Assembly (NCBI GenBank): GCA_013239625.1
Contig: MU053557.1
Location: forward strand, 5,839,842 to 5,903,841
Source of the DNA: Lama guanicoe
Taxonomy: Eukaryota
Reading direction: 5' to 3'
DNA: 64,000 nt
Shown here: piece after piece, positions 37,922 to 51,119 of the stretch
Position numbering within the stretch: the stretch's first letter is position 1
Layout: the number at the start of each line of letters is the position of its first letter
Made by a program: the position numbers and the translations under genes
Notes under the pieces: generated by a model
The model's database searches: none
The model's input: the letters and a program-made list of their open reading frames with translations, nothing else
What the model was told of the DNA's origin: nothing

Positions 37922-38260
37922 AATGAAGTCATTAGAGTGGGCCCTAATCCAATGTGACTGGTGTCCTTATAATAAGGGGGAGTTTGGACACAGTCGTGCA
38001 CACAGGGACAACATGGTGTGAAGATGAAGGTAGAGATCAGGGTGATATTTCTACAAGCCAAGGAATGACGAAGACTGCCAGCAAACGCCAGAAGCTAGGA
38101 GAGAAGCATGGAACAGATTCTCACTGTCTTGGAAAGAATCAACCTCGGCAACACCTCAATCTTGGTCATCAACCTCCAGAAAGGTGAGACAATAAATATC
38201 AGCTGTTTAAGCCACCCAGTTTGCAATACTTTGTTATGGCAGCTCTGGCAAACTAATACA
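37922..38260 (+). mobile_element. MaLR (MLT1-type) LTR
   Basis: gggccctaatccaatgtgactggtgtccttataa...aataaa...tttaagccacccagtttg...ggcaaactaataca terminus, followed by gattttggt. Confidence 0.8.
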
Positions 38261-41200
38261 GATTTTGGTCTACTACACAATAAATTAGGCTTCAATAAAA
38301 TGAAAAACCTCTGCTCGTCAAAAGACATCATTAGAGAAGATAATAGGCAGGCCACAGACTCGGAGAAAATATTTGTAAACATATATCTGATAAAGAACTA
38401 ATTTCTAGGACATATTAAAAAAAAAACCTCCTATAACTAGTTAATAAAAAGATACCCAGTAAAAATGGCCAAAATATTTGAGCAGATACTTCACAAAAGA
38501 TAAATAAATGACCATAAGCATTAGAAAAGGTTCTCAACTTATTTGTCATAATGGGAGTGCAAATTAAAAACACAATGAAATACTACTATATGCCCACCAG
38601 AATGGCTAAAATTCAAAAGACTGTTTACACCAAATGTTCATGGTGTTGCAGAACAATTTTTATGCATTGCTGGTGGAAATGTAAAATGGTACAGCCAGTT
38701 TGGAAAAAGGTCCAACAGTTACTTTTAAAACTAAACAGGCACCTGCCTCATGACCCAGTAATTGCATTCCAAAATACTTATTCAAAAGAAATAAAAACAT
38801 ACTCACGAAAAAAATGTGTAAAAGGATGTTCGTAGCAGTTTTAAGTCATAATAGCAAAAAGTGCATAGGTAAGTGAGGGTATAGTCATACACTGGAATGC
38901 TAACTCAACAGTAAAATGGAGGAAATTATATTTAATATCATGGCTGATTCTCCAAAACATCATGTTGCTGTAAAGAAGCCAAACACAAAGAGTTCTGCGG
39001 CATGATTCCATTTATATTAAGTTTTAAAATAAGTAAAATAATCTATGGTGGAAAAAATCAGAATAGTAGTTGCCTTTGGAGACTGGTGGGAAATGGGTAT
39101 TGACTGGGAAGAGCAGGGGGAAATTTTCTGGAGGATAGCAATGTTCTAAATCTTGGCAGGGCTTTGGGCCAGATAGCTGTATACAGCTGTTAAATGTCTT
39201 GAATGGCATACTCAAGAACTGTGCATTTCAATCTATGTTAAGTTTTATCTAAAAAATTCATAAACAAATACTGAACTCTGGGTAATTATACAAATGCTTA
39301 CATGTTTAAAGGTGAAGTGTACTGATGCCTTCAATTTATTCTGAAATGCATAAAAATCGATTAACGAATGCATAAAGAAATGGATATGTGATGCAGCAAA
39401 TACGGCCAGATGTTAATTTTAGGTCTAGCTAGTGGGTACATGATTGTTCACAGTAAAATCCTTTTAGCTTTCCTGTATGTTACAAAATTTTTATAATAAA
39501 ATGTTAGGGAGAAATACAAAGACTACAGGATCTCTGGGGAGGGCACTATTTTCTAATCTTAGGCGTGACCTCATTCTATACTAGTGTTTCTCAAAGGGTG
39601 GTCTTTGCCTCACCAACATAGAACACCTAGGCACTTACTGAGACCCGCTGAAGTTTAAGAACTAATGTTCTATATCCCCATCCTGGAGGATTTTATTCCA
39701 CACCCAGGGCTTCAGATGCCATCACTTCACGGCTAACTCCCAAATCTTGACCTGTCTTAAGCTCCAATTCTCTTTGGGCTGGTTAATTTCCACAGGCCTG
39801 TTTCATAGGTACCTTCAATTCACCAGATCCAATATTGGATTCATTTTCCTATTCCTCCCCCCCAATCCCACTCTCCTCCCCAGCATTCTCTATTTTGGGC
39901 AAAGACATACTGCCAACCAGCTGACCAAGCCAGATACTTGGAAGGGTAGTGGTGAGGGGAGAAGGATCACTCTGACTCCTCCTCTTTCACCCCCATTTAT
40001 TTCAGGTCACAATGTCTCACTGATTTGGCTTCCAAAACATCTGTCACATTTCACTCTTTGCCCCATGGGCCATCACTGCCTTCGTCCTGCTGTCATGAGG
40101 CTGTACCTTCTGAGCCTTCTCCAAGAGGGGAGGAGCTCAAAATATAGGCAGTGAGAAGGGTTAGGAGGTGAGGTATTATGAAAACTAGACAGAGGTTATG
40201 TGCCCAGGGTCACAGATGGGAGTCGCTGAAGTGAGGATTTCAACTCAGGTAATCTGGCTCAAAAGTCTGCTTAAATCATCATTACTCAGTACAAACAAAA
40301 ATGGATTTTGTGTGTGTGTGTGTGATCAGATCTGACTGCATCTGTTACTAGAGTAACACTAGCTGCTGTTACAGATAAACCCCAGGTCTCAATGGCTTAC
40401 TGTAACAAAAATCCCTTTTATCACAGTGCTCTCCTTGAAGCAGTGATAGAGGAACCCAGGCTCCTTCCATCGTGTGACTGCCATCTTCCAGAGATCCTCC
40501 TCCTGCGCATTCAGCCAGCAGATGGGGAAAGAGCTCACGGGGCTGGGTGGGTGAGATGTTTTTACAGACGAAGTCTGGGAATGGCAAAGTTTACTTTTCG
40601 CCAAGTGTACCCCTGGCTGTGTGCCCTAGAGGAAAAGGATATGAAGTTTGGTAAGCACCTGAGTTTTTGCCAAAATCTCATTACTCATAACTGATTTACT
40701 TAAGACTCATTAAGCATCTATTCTATACTTCAACTTATGCTGGCTTATGCTTCAAAAAAAATACATATTCATAGCCAGGTAGTGCACGAAACTTAGAATC
40801 TTTCTCAAAAAGTCAAGAATACACAATTGGATAGTCAATTACATGTGTTTATATGTATAGGATATAATTGAATTTGGAAATTATTAAAAACACTTTCCTT
40901 CACATTATTATTAACAAACTAGCTAAAAATCTCTTACATGATCAAAAGCAGACACCTCCCAAAAAACTCTACCCAAATGGGTGTCAAAATATTTGAAATT
41001 ACCTCTACATTGCTTCACATTTGATATTACTAGAAATAAAATCAAACTTATAAGTGCTTCTAGATTTTTTTAATCTTAAAAAAAAAAGTCCAAGATAAAG
41101 CCCTCTAGAGGAAAACAACAAAAAATTCTCCAGAGAAGCTAAAAATAGGGTCAAATGGGGGTATGTCCAGCCCACGAGAATATATTTTAGATAAGTGACA

Positions 41201-41554
41201 TGGGAATTGACTTCGGGAAATACACTTGTAGATAAGTTTTTCCTGTTTCCCTTTAAAATGACCTGTATAATACTAGGATAACTTTTCAGAGCTACCATCC
41301 ATGTGGCAGACTCTGCTGAATGCCTTCTGTTCATTATCTTATTTCAACCCCGTAACTAACCTTTGACGTAAGTATTAAAAAGGCTTGGGTCTCTTAGAAT
41401 GGATAAAGATTAGTATCAAAACAGCCTCAAGCAAAACCTTCAATTTTTATGTAACTTGTTTCTAACTTCCACTGACCTCAAGTTCATCTACAAAGGATAA
41501 AGAAAACAGAAATCTAGAAATAAACCTGTGACAACATTTGGAAAATTGACCCGT

Positions 41555-41560
41555 TTTAAT
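41555..41560 (-). terminator. RBM22: Probable RBM22 distal polyadenylation signal (ATTAAA); proximal AATAAA at 42475-42480
   Basis: tttaat and tttatt on the + strand, about 1 kb and about 70 nt past the stop. Confidence 0.5.
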
Positions 41561-42548
41561 TTTTTTAAAAACAAAAACACAACATGAAAAAATTTTTTTT
41601 TCCATCTACAACTCAGTTATATCCAAATATTCTAAGACCAGAGTCCCCTGCCCAAAAGCAGAGAATTAAAATGAGTCGCTGAAGACACACAGAGGTGAAT
41701 GCTGAAGATCAAAGTTCCAGCTGTAGGTCACAAGTCTTCCACACAAACACACTCTAATGTTTTTCCCTTCACAGTTAAAGTGTTTTACAGGAAGTTCCTT
41801 AAAATAATTCTATCCCAGACACCAGGTTTTTTCAGTGATACACAGTCCCATGACACTTTTGTTTCCATCTGATTGATAGGAACAAATAGTAATTTTTAAC
41901 TTTTGTCTTTTTTGGTAGCATAAAGAAGTAAAATTATCAGCCAGATTCCTTTAGGAATAAATGAGGAAAGAAGTAAGATACGGGCTGCACTGGGTGCTGG
42001 TTTCTACCTGTCTTTCTCAGAGTGTGACTTGAGAAGTGTTAAATCACACTCATGCCACTAAAATGATTAGTACCAGTGATCCTTTTTTAGATGACAGAAA
42101 GGAAAACGTTTACCCAATGGACATAAAAATGGTCAAAAGTTTTTGTCACTGGGTTTTTTTTTTTTTTTCAAACTGCAGGTCAATTTCCCACCCCAACACC
42201 CACCCCCAAGAGATACAAAATGAACATATAATCGGGATGGCAACTCCGATGGACATTCCAATTCACCCAGTTGCTTGCTCCCCATAGAGGTAAGGGGAAG
42301 AGGCATTAAGTTCTATTAGCAATGTTACGGTAGTAACCAGATGTGTTAACGGCAGCTTATTTGAGGTCCAGCAATCCTTTGAACACACGTAGGAAAGCAT
42401 GGCTGTCGTTCTCTGACTGCCCACATCTGAATGTATTCAGCTACCATGAAAACTACAAAGGAAGGAAAAATGTATTTATTTCAAGACTCATTTACTGGGA
42501 TTTTTAAGTGCCCTCTCTTGCGTAGAGCCATAGTGTGGTGACAATATG

Positions 42549-42679
42549 CTAGGGGCTGCTGTGTTTCCCGGCATGAGCTCCCATCCTCTGAGGGTCCTGA
42601 GAAGGATAGTGGATTGGTCCTGGAGCCCTCATGAAAGGAGGGGGTGGTCCCATTGGGTGGAACATGTGTGGCCCAAAAC
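42549..42679 (-). CDS. RBM22: RBM22 exon 11 (last coding)
   Basis: (G)[42 protein letters not shown]; 11 exons total 1263 nt = 420 aa plus stop. Confidence 0.96.
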
Positions 42680-43702
42680 CTACAGGTGGAGAGAACAAAT
42701 TTGTTAGGCTCTTGATAACATTTCAAACGCTTGAATCTTTCTAAGATCAAAACCACCTGAATAGAAATCAAATTGACATGGGGCTTCAGAAAATGTTGGT
42801 TCACAAGACTTGCTCAGGGATGTTTACCTGTGTTACTTCCTTGGTTTTAGAAACCTTTCCCTGCAGTTTGACTATAGGATGCCACCATCTGAGCCTCTGC
42901 TATGGATCAAACATGCCAATCCTACCAGACAGGATTCGGTCAGGATTTGGGAGGTGAGACAGAAATCAGGCTGATGGATATAAGACCATGTCATCATTAA
43001 CCTCAGTGCTTTATACTTGAGTCACGGGTGTTCAGAAACCAGGATCTCCTTCAAAAAGCATGGGAACTCTGCAGCAGGAGAACCGGCCGGCTACTTGTGG
43101 TTTACCTACACTGCTCCACTGGCACTGACAGTGCTACTTAGAGCAGTGCTATCCAAACTGCTGGTCTTTGAACTGTTTATTACTGGCCATCAACAAGATA
43201 AAGAGCTTGAGTCAAAACATAACTTCATTACATGACCAAGCACACTATTTAAGTCGTCTGACAACTTTCTGGTAACAGAACTTTTTTAATGAATTTATAT
43301 TCTGGTACGAGTTCCTTATCTTGCTGCAGGTAGGTAATAACACCCCAGAGTAACACAGATCCACAGCCTACAGTTTAAGCAATGGCGCGCTAGGGTATTG
43401 TTAGGATTTCGTTTAGAACAGGGAAAAAACTGATGACAAATCACTGTATTCACAGTAACTCCCATTCTAATTACACGTATACTCAAATTGTTAAGGGAAT
43501 TGGAGACTTTCCTCTCCTTAGCGAGCCAGTAGAAAATGGAATACCAGGAATGCCAAAAAATCAGGTTTACTTGTAGACTTCTAAGGAGCAGACCCAAAGG
43601 ACTTAGACATGTTAGACGTAATGGTGAGGTGTGAGGACAGGACTTCACAAGGACTTCCCTGGGCTAAGTCAAACCTATTTCCTAAGAAGGATGATGAGTT
43701 AC

Positions 43703-43834
43703 CTGGGGGTGGGGGCGGGGCAATACCAGGGGGAGGTGGCAGGGCAATGTTCACCACGGCTGGAGGACCACTTGGGGGTAGGTTGAAGTAGTTGGCAGAG
43801 GCTTCTTCTTCTGCAGCAGGAGGAGGAGGAAGAG
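43703..43834 (-). CDS. RBM22: RBM22 exon 10
   Basis: (A)[47 protein letters not shown] boundaries. Confidence 0.95.
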
Positions 43835-44038
43835 CTAAAGAAGAGAAAATAGCCAGTTAGAGAAGAAGACAACTGTGCAACAGTGTTTTCACCACCTTGA
43901 AATCCTAGGAAGCCTGCTGGGAGAACACAGCTGCTGCGAGCCAGAGACTTTGGTCTCTCTCAACACTGGTGGAACATCGAGGCAGTGTGAGCGCCTGAAG
44001 TTAGTAAGCTACAGGGTAGGCAGAAAGTCTGTTCTCAC

Positions 44039-44127
44039 CTCCTGGTAGCCCTGGAACGGGCTCCAGCTTGATTCCGGAGTCTGTGGTTCCATCCTTCTCT
44101 TTTTCTTTTCCTCTGGCTGCTTGGGAC
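44039..44127 (-). CDS. RBM22: RBM22 exon 9
   Basis: [37 protein letters not shown] boundaries. Confidence 0.95.
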
Positions 44128-44895
44128 CTAGGAGACACAGACACACACACACCATCATCACTTGGTCCCACTTTCTCTCCCACCTCTGTTTCTCTTGTTT
44201 CTTAGTCAAACAGAGTTTCTTCACTCCTTGCCTCCTCTTCAGCGAACACTCTTCCCATAAATGCCACCATGCAGTGGGTAAGAGCAAAGGTTTTGAAGCA
44301 AGAAAAGATCTGGGGTCAAAATTCATGGGAATCACTGTAGGGACTGGAGGAGGAACTCCCATGTGTTGAGCACAGTGCTGAGGAAGTACTCCATGAGGGC
44401 CGCTGCCTCTATGAGAGATCTCCCTGGCTCCAAGCTCCATGTTCCATCTTTGACGAATCACGACATTTGACCTGTGTCTCTTATGCAATCATCACTTTCA
44501 AACTTAAATTAGCTCTTGTTCTTCACAAGACACCTGGCCAATAGATGACAAAATCTAGGACTAATTTCTTTGTAAACTCTCATGCCACCGTTCATGCCCT
44601 AGCATTACACTTGGCCTCTAATAATTGGTCACAAAAAACATAAACCTTTGAAGGATCAGATTATTACACCCATACCCTGAATGAATTTCCAAAGCAGCAT
44701 CTTCCCAACTTCCACAGGAATGGAGAGTCAGGTAGAAAGAAAAATTATTTTTTAAAGGTCTTTCTGATTTAAGCCTATTCACCAAAAGCTTACTAGTCCC
44801 CAGGTAATGCAAAGGTTTCTTGAAAATCTCACTAATGATATTTTAAAACGATTTAAAATGATATTTTAAAATGATATTTTAAGTCTAATGCTCAC

Positions 44896-45060
44896 CTTCC
44901 CCATTTCACGTTGAGCCGGCGGCCATTGACAATTAACTTATTAAAGGACTTCTCGGCAGCCACTTCTGCAGCCTGCCTTGTGGCAAACTGGATGAAAGCA
45001 CACTGCTGTCTCTGCACAACAGTGATCGTCCGGATCTCTCCAAACTGGTAGAAATGATTT
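44896..45060 (-). CDS. RBM22: RBM22 exon 8 (RRM)
   Basis: [54 protein letters not shown]. Confidence 0.96.
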
Positions 45061-46030
45061 CTGTAGGGATACAAGTAGAGAAAAACGAGAGTTAACAACA
45101 CACAGACGTTCCCAGGAAGTTGAATATGGATCATTAACTCTTTCACTGATTTACCACAAGGCAGGTGGCACCATGGTGATCTGCCTTATCACTGGCAGGT
45201 GGTCCCCTCAATACCTTACACCCTATTGGGGGTGCCGGGTATGAGAGAGGGAAAGAAAAAGAACAGGCAAAGGCTATCAGACACCTCAAGGTTTTCCCCA
45301 AGGAGGAAAGGGGGCTCCAGCAGGTTCCTCTAAGGACCTTAAACCTTAGATAAGGGGCTAACAAACTATACCCCTACGGCTCATGAGCCAAACATGTTTT
45401 TTAAAAAAAAAATTTTAAGGTTGTGAAAAAAAGAAAAGAAAAGAGGAGGTGGAAAAAAAGTCTGCCACCCTCTGGGGACTGCCTAGCTCACTTACTAGAC
45501 AGAGTTTAATGCAAACAGGCTACCAAGGGCAGGTTGTACATAGAAGTTTCTTCTCTACTGTATCCCTTTGCAAGAGGCAATTTCCATCACCATCTGTCGA
45601 GATGTCTCATCTAGCCAAGCAAAATATAAGCCAAGAATAATACAAATTTACCAAATACCAATCTCTTTAAAAAGCCAAGTTAAACCATAAGAGTTCTATC
45701 ATTGTAAAGCTCTCTCTTCCCTACATAATTAATCATACTTGGATATGTGCCATCTTTAAAAATTCTAATGACTATTAGGTCAAATACAACCCCATGTAAT
45801 TATTACCAGACGCAAGGATGGAATAAGCACTGCTGATGAATATTACTACCCTGGCGTCATAAAGGACAACTTCATAAAAATTCCAGTAAGTGACACGCAC
45901 TAACTGTAGAGTGAACTATAGAAAAATGTACTTTGTACAAAATCATCATGTTTTCCTGTATTTTCATGAAAAAAAAATTTTTCCAGGGCAGCTGAAAGCA
46001 AAAAGAACTCAAAAAATTATATTCACAAAC

Positions 46031-46231
46031 CTTAGATCTGTCTCAGTAATGGTATCGCCCAGACCACCAACATACAACGTGGTGATAGTCTTGTCCTCTG
46101 GCGGGTCCAGACGAGGCATTGTTGAAGCCCGCTTTAGAAGTTTATCTGCCACAGGGTCATTGATTCCATAATATCGGTCTTTAATGTTCTGATCAGCAAG
46201 GGGGTCATCTGGATCTGTCGGCTTCTCATGT
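46031..46231 (-). CDS. RBM22: RBM22 exon 7
   Basis: [66 protein letters not shown]. Confidence 0.96.
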
Positions 46232-47079
46232 CTATGGTTTAAGAAAGAACAATGTATAAAGATGAAAAGAAGGAAAAAAAAATTTACAGGTAGTACCCAA
46301 CATTAACTACGTAAGTCCCAAATAAATACCCTGAAATGCCCTTTGAACTAGAAACCATGGTCATACTGAAACATAATTATCAGAACAGAGCTAATACCAA
46401 GGGATTTACTGTATCACACAAGGACTTGCTGGCCTCCTAAAAGCCACTTAGATGGCCATCTAGGATGGCAGAGTTTCCTTATAAAGAAATGTTTTTGGCA
46501 CAATCCACTCCAAAACAAAAGGTAACCACAACATAGTTACCCTTCCCTAGGTCAATGGTTCTTAATGTATCTGAGGTACTACATTCCACTGAGAGTCTGA
46601 TTAAATCTGCGGACCAGGCCCAGAAAAAGGCATAGATCATTTTTTGGTGAGGGTGGGGTTAACCAGCCCCAAGGTAAGAATTCCCAATCCAGACGCCTGA
46701 CAGTCTTGACTCAAACATACCCACATGTTCTTTAGAAGTCTGGCCTTAATCTGACTTCAACTATACATTGAGATTCAAGCCAGTTACCCCATGATAGTAA
46801 AGACTTATATCTCAAGTCAAAACTTTTAGGGTCAACATGCATACCATATGGCAGAGCAATTTAGTTTCCCAAGGCTTGGTTATAAGTAAAAGTTCCACTG
46901 TAAGTAAAGACATCAATTTAATCAAGCTCTTTTAAATGTAATAGTCCTAAGACTTGAGATACACAACATTAGTTGTATAGATTTCTATTTTAAAGCAGAA
47001 ATAGTTTAAGCCAGCGTCTCCCACTTCTTAGTGAGTAATCATGTGAAAGCAAACACTGAAAATGCAGTTTAGCTCTTGC

Positions 47080-47252
47080 CTGTATGGACACTCCTCTCCT
47101 CTCTTACATTCTCCTTTCACCCAGAAAGAGCAAATGTGGGGTCGATTCCTTTTATAGTAGGGTGTGGTCCGAGCCAGTTTGAGCAGCATGTCACTGGTGG
47201 ATGTGGCTTTCCCCAACATGCCAACTGGCCGTGTTCCATCAGAGTTAGAAAT
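47080..47252 (-). CDS. RBM22: RBM22 exon 6 (most of the CCCH zinc finger; GC donor)
   Basis: [15 protein letters not shown]...[19 protein letters not shown](R); ends AG|GCAAGA. Confidence 0.95.
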
Positions 47253-47339
47253 CTACAAAGGAACGACACATTCAAAAGATAAATTATACTGACTATGCTA
47301 ATCCCCTAGCATTCTTTTATCAAGCAAGTGGCAGTGTAC

Positions 47340-47440
47340 CTCTCTCTCCATATTCTGTGTGTAGTACTCTTTGTTGACATCTGACTTTGGCATGTCATCC
47401 TTAAAAGACAATCCTGCATCACGAACCTGGATGGGAAGGC
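47340..47440 (-). CDS. RBM22: RBM22 exon 5
   Basis: (G)[33 protein letters not shown]. Confidence 0.95.
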
Positions 47441-48474
47441 CTAGAACAAAGGAGGAAAAGAACTCAGGATGTATTTTAAATCATATCCAAACTGACTACG
47501 AACATGGAATATATCATTCTTCCTTTCTCCACTTGCCTATTTGGTACCAGAGGCTTTATTTTAATTCAAAATCTTTAGCACCATCAGGCCAATACTAATA
47601 TAGAACATTCTAAGAAATTGTATAAATTCCTGAGTTTTCTTAACATTGGATGAAATGAATGTTTTAGAAAATCTTTTAGATGAACGAACTTTTATTATAG
47701 TCAGTTTTGACCTGTAATTAATAATTCATCTAGCTTTTACTATAACATGATTTATTTAAAATAAATGTAAAAAGTGGATTATTTTTAAGCTTGTCCTACA
47801 GACCCTCTAGATTAGTCACAGTCACATAAGGCTCACTGTATTCCAGAAGCAGAACACCTCCTTAACAAACATGTAAAAAATATTAAACAATATGTGACCA
47901 GGACTCTGATTAGCAGAGTTAACTTTCTGAACTTACAGAAACTCATGCTTTCCTTTTCCCTTTAATTTTATTGTATAGTAGAAATTCTTGCTGAGAGAAT
48001 ATTTTTTCATAAACAAAAAGTCACCTGCAGTTAAAAAGAAAATCACTCCCAAAAGCAGTTAAACAGTACCAATACAGTGTTACAATTCTAACAACACAGT
48101 TATACAAAAATCTAAAGAATAATTAGCTTGAGCTTCTGGTAGAGATTGTGGAAAAAAGCTTTGGCTCTAGAAAGAAGCCCAAGGCAAAGAAATTACCTAT
48201 CACAGCAATAACACCTTCACCTCACCTTGGCTACAAGGATATACATGAGAGATGTTTAGCTCAGTTCTGATTAATTCCCAACTTCTCCTTAAGTTCCTAC
48301 TGTTGTTCAGAACTCTAAAATAACGTGGTATGGGCCTTGTCTTCCTGGGAAAAGCAAGGCACAGGGGACATTTCAAAGTGGGGTCAGAACCGGAGAAACA
48401 GGAGACAAAAAAATCAGTTTGTTGTGTCTAGAGCAGCTACACACTTTCAGACATACTGGACAGGGCAAACATAC

Positions 48475-48607
48475 CATACTCTAGGTCTAAGAGGCAGGTC
48501 TGACAGACATTCTTCAATTTACTGCAGGTTTGGCACACTTCAGTCTTTTTGAAACGCATGCGGACCCCAGGGCACCAGCGAAACACTGTGAATGGTCTGG
48601 CACAGAT
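48475..48607 (-). CDS. RBM22: RBM22 exon 4
   Basis: [44 protein letters not shown]. Confidence 0.96.
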
Positions 48608-49216
48608 CTGGAACACAAAATAAAGTCACAGAGTGTTAACGGTCCTGATCTGAACAATCAGTTCAGGAGATTCAATAGCATTGGGGAATTCAAAGCAAGG
48701 ATTCCCGAATCTAGGGTTTAGAAGAGATCTTAGCAATCATCAAGTCTAAACATGATATGATGTTTCAATCCTTTACAACACCCTTCCTCAGTAGTTAAAA
48801 AATTCACATAGTATAGAAATAAAATATTCAAAAATCAAAGTCCTCCCCACCTTAGGGGTCACCACCATTAATAATATATCCCTTAATCTTTTATGGGGAG
48901 AGTGGGGAGTGTCATATACTCCTTTGAGAATCTTATGACAGCTGTATCCTTCCTCCTCAGCTAAAATGCTCATGTGCACAAACACTTGGGATATACAATC
49001 TCAGGGGGCTCAAATCCAACCACAGACACCAACTTAAGAATTTTTACATTAAAGGGCTCATTTTCTTACCCCCACATTAGATAGTTAACGGCCAACGAGT
49101 ATATAAATGATACATGAAAGTGTGTGTAGCACTCATTTTTATAAAGGACTTCAAAGCTCAGCAAGTTGAAGAGAAAAGGAATGTAAAATTAAATCATTAC
49201 TCTTTAACATACTTAC

Positions 49217-49246
49217 TTTGCATTCCTTCCCATACTTTTCTTTGGT
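49217..49246 (-). CDS. RBM22: RBM22 exon 3 (30-nt microexon)
   Basis: TKEKYGKECK between ttAG and GTAAGT. Confidence 0.93.
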
Positions 49247-50172
49247 CTAAAATGGAAAAAAAAACAGAAAAGTTACAGAAAGAAAGAAAAAAGATGTCTG
49301 CTCCTTCCCTAGACAGGACCCAAGAAATGTATCTGGAAATCCCTGGCATCTTCAAGGGATGTGGAGAAGTGGGGGAACCCACCTTTTTGGGGGTGGGGGG
49401 ATATAATCTAATGACCTACAAGTCACAACCTCTTAAAAATCTTATGGATCTAACACAAGATAACTATGTATCTTTAAACAACAACCCTTAGATTCACATC
49501 TGGCTCCCAAGTTCCTGCCCAAGAAAACTTTCTTAATGGTTTCCATAGTCCCTAAATTAGGAAGGATGCAGCCAAGGACAGCCCATTTCAGTTTAGTCAG
49601 AGGTAACCACTATAGACTCATCCTGTGCTGATCCCCTGTATATGGTTAATCAATACCTTTGAGATTGATCACAACACAGCCCTAATCTAATTATTAAATG
49701 TTAACTGCTGCTAATTTTACTCTTATTTATAAGGATAGGCGACACCTCACACTAAACAGATTACAAGGTGCTGTGGCCAAAAGGCATTTGATCAGGAGTT
49801 GGGAAACCTAGATTTTAGTCCTGGTTCTCCTGATTTGCTGAAATCCCTGGAGTTAGAATATCTGAATTAAAATCCCAGTTCCACTCCTTACTGGCTATAT
49901 TGAAAAGACATAAACTCTCTTTGCCTTGATTAACAGACCTATCTCCCAGGTAAATGCTCAACGAATATTAGCTATTATGACTCCTACATCACTGGGCTGT
50001 CGCTGAGTTCCAAACAAGCATGACAGTCCTTTGCAAATTCGTCCCACGCTCTGGGTTAGTAAAGGAGCATCATTACTTCTTGGCTAAGAGAAACCCATCA
50101 CCGACAGTGTGCAAGTACCACAACACTGACAGAACACAGACAGTAAGTCCGGTTTCATACGCGATCACTCAC

Positions 50173-50226
50173 CATTCGGATATATGGGTTTTCTCCAAGA
50201 CACGTCTGGCACAGAATAGGGAAGTC
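50173..50226 (-). CDS. RBM22: RBM22 exon 2
   Basis: DFPILCQTCLGENPYIRM; cAG/GTGAGT boundaries. Confidence 0.96.
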
Positions 50227-50279
50227 CTGATGAAAATGGGAAATCTGGTTGAAGGCCAGGCTCCGAAGACCCTGCCATT

Positions 50280-50900
50280 TCAGCCACAGTCGTAGGGCTG
50301 GGGGAAGGGGCGAGGAGCGAGGTTGGGGAACCGGGCAAGGCCACGGGGTCCAGCACGAACCCGAGGTCCAGCACGGGCCCGGTCGCGGGAGGTGGCGCTG
50401 TCTGCACTTCCGGCAAACGACAAAAGACCCGCTCCAAAAGAGTGGAGGGGGCAGGGATGGAAAGGGGGCTGGTCCCGGATCCTGGCTCAACCCTCTCCCT
50501 CCAAGCCCCCAGGAGGGCTGCCCTCCAGCCTTCAGCCGTGGCCGAGCTAGGCCGCGGTGCTGGCTTCTCCCCGGAATTCCCTCGGCAGCGCCGCAGCCAC
50601 GTCGCGGCCAGCCCGCTGGAGGCCTGGCTTCGCTGCCTCTTTCGGTCCTCCTCCGGCCGGCACACTCACCGCATCCTCCCAGTTCTGCCTGTTGTACGTG
50701 TTGGAACCCAGAGAGGTCGCCATGTTGAGAGCGTCTGGAGGCAGCCGCAGCTTCCGAGTTGAAAAAGAGGACCGCCACAATCCCGTCAGGCCCTGAGGCC
50801 GCCTCCCGGCACGTCGACGTCTTATTCACGCGTCGTATGCGCCCTTGGGGGCGGGGCCTAGCGCGACATGACGTCATCCGCTCGGAATTTCTTCGCTTAA
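50280..50900 (-). promoter_or_regulatory. RBM22: RBM22 CpG-island promoter
   Basis: High CpG density; GC box GGGGCGGGGC 50848-50857; CRE ATGACGTCAT 50868-50877; ETS-like CGGAAG 50751-50756 (- strand); YY1-like CAACATGGCG over the start codon. Confidence 0.85.
50670..50723 (-). CDS. RBM22: RBM22 exon 1 coding part (pre-mRNA splicing factor RBM22)
   Basis: aacATGG Kozak context; MATSLGSNTYNRQNWEDA|GTGAGT. Confidence 0.96.
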
Positions 50901-51119
50901 CAATTGATGTCCTGGAGTTTCTTCTGAGTTGGTGCCTGCAAGGGGTGAAGAGTCACAAGTACAATTGATTTATTTAAAAATAGAGTGAAAGAATAAAGGA
51001 ACAAGTAATGAAGAATGGGCTGGGATTAAAATAGCGTTAGCCCCCACTGAGCGCTTATACCAAACGGTGGGGGAACGTCTTGCTGTGACAGAGTCTTAAC
51101 TCCCAAAATAGCCCCTCTA

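Larger units (their letters stand above)
33550..39520 (+). mobile_element. Composite of degraded old L1 (L1M-type) fragments with nested insertions
   Basis: A-rich + strand; ORF2 relics such as [19 protein letters not shown] (about 36457-36513) and CWWKCKMVQPVWK; several L1 3' UTR segments. Confidence 0.85.

Noticed and set aside
42780..43110. Two AG|GTAAAC donor-like sites on the - strand in RBM22 intron 10 (possible poison exon)
   Set aside because: No convincing paired acceptor or polypyrimidine tract; cannot be supported without RNA data.
44834..44882. Three AATGATATTTTAA copies in RBM22 intron 8, and similar ATCTAATTT repeats near 62825-62870
   Set aside because: Short AT-rich slippage duplications; no unique spacers and no CRISPR-like or functional pattern.
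50155..50877. 240-aa and 166-aa ORFs across RBM22 exon 1-intron 1
   Set aside because: Stop-poor CpG-island sequence; the real frame is explained by spliced exons 1 and 2.
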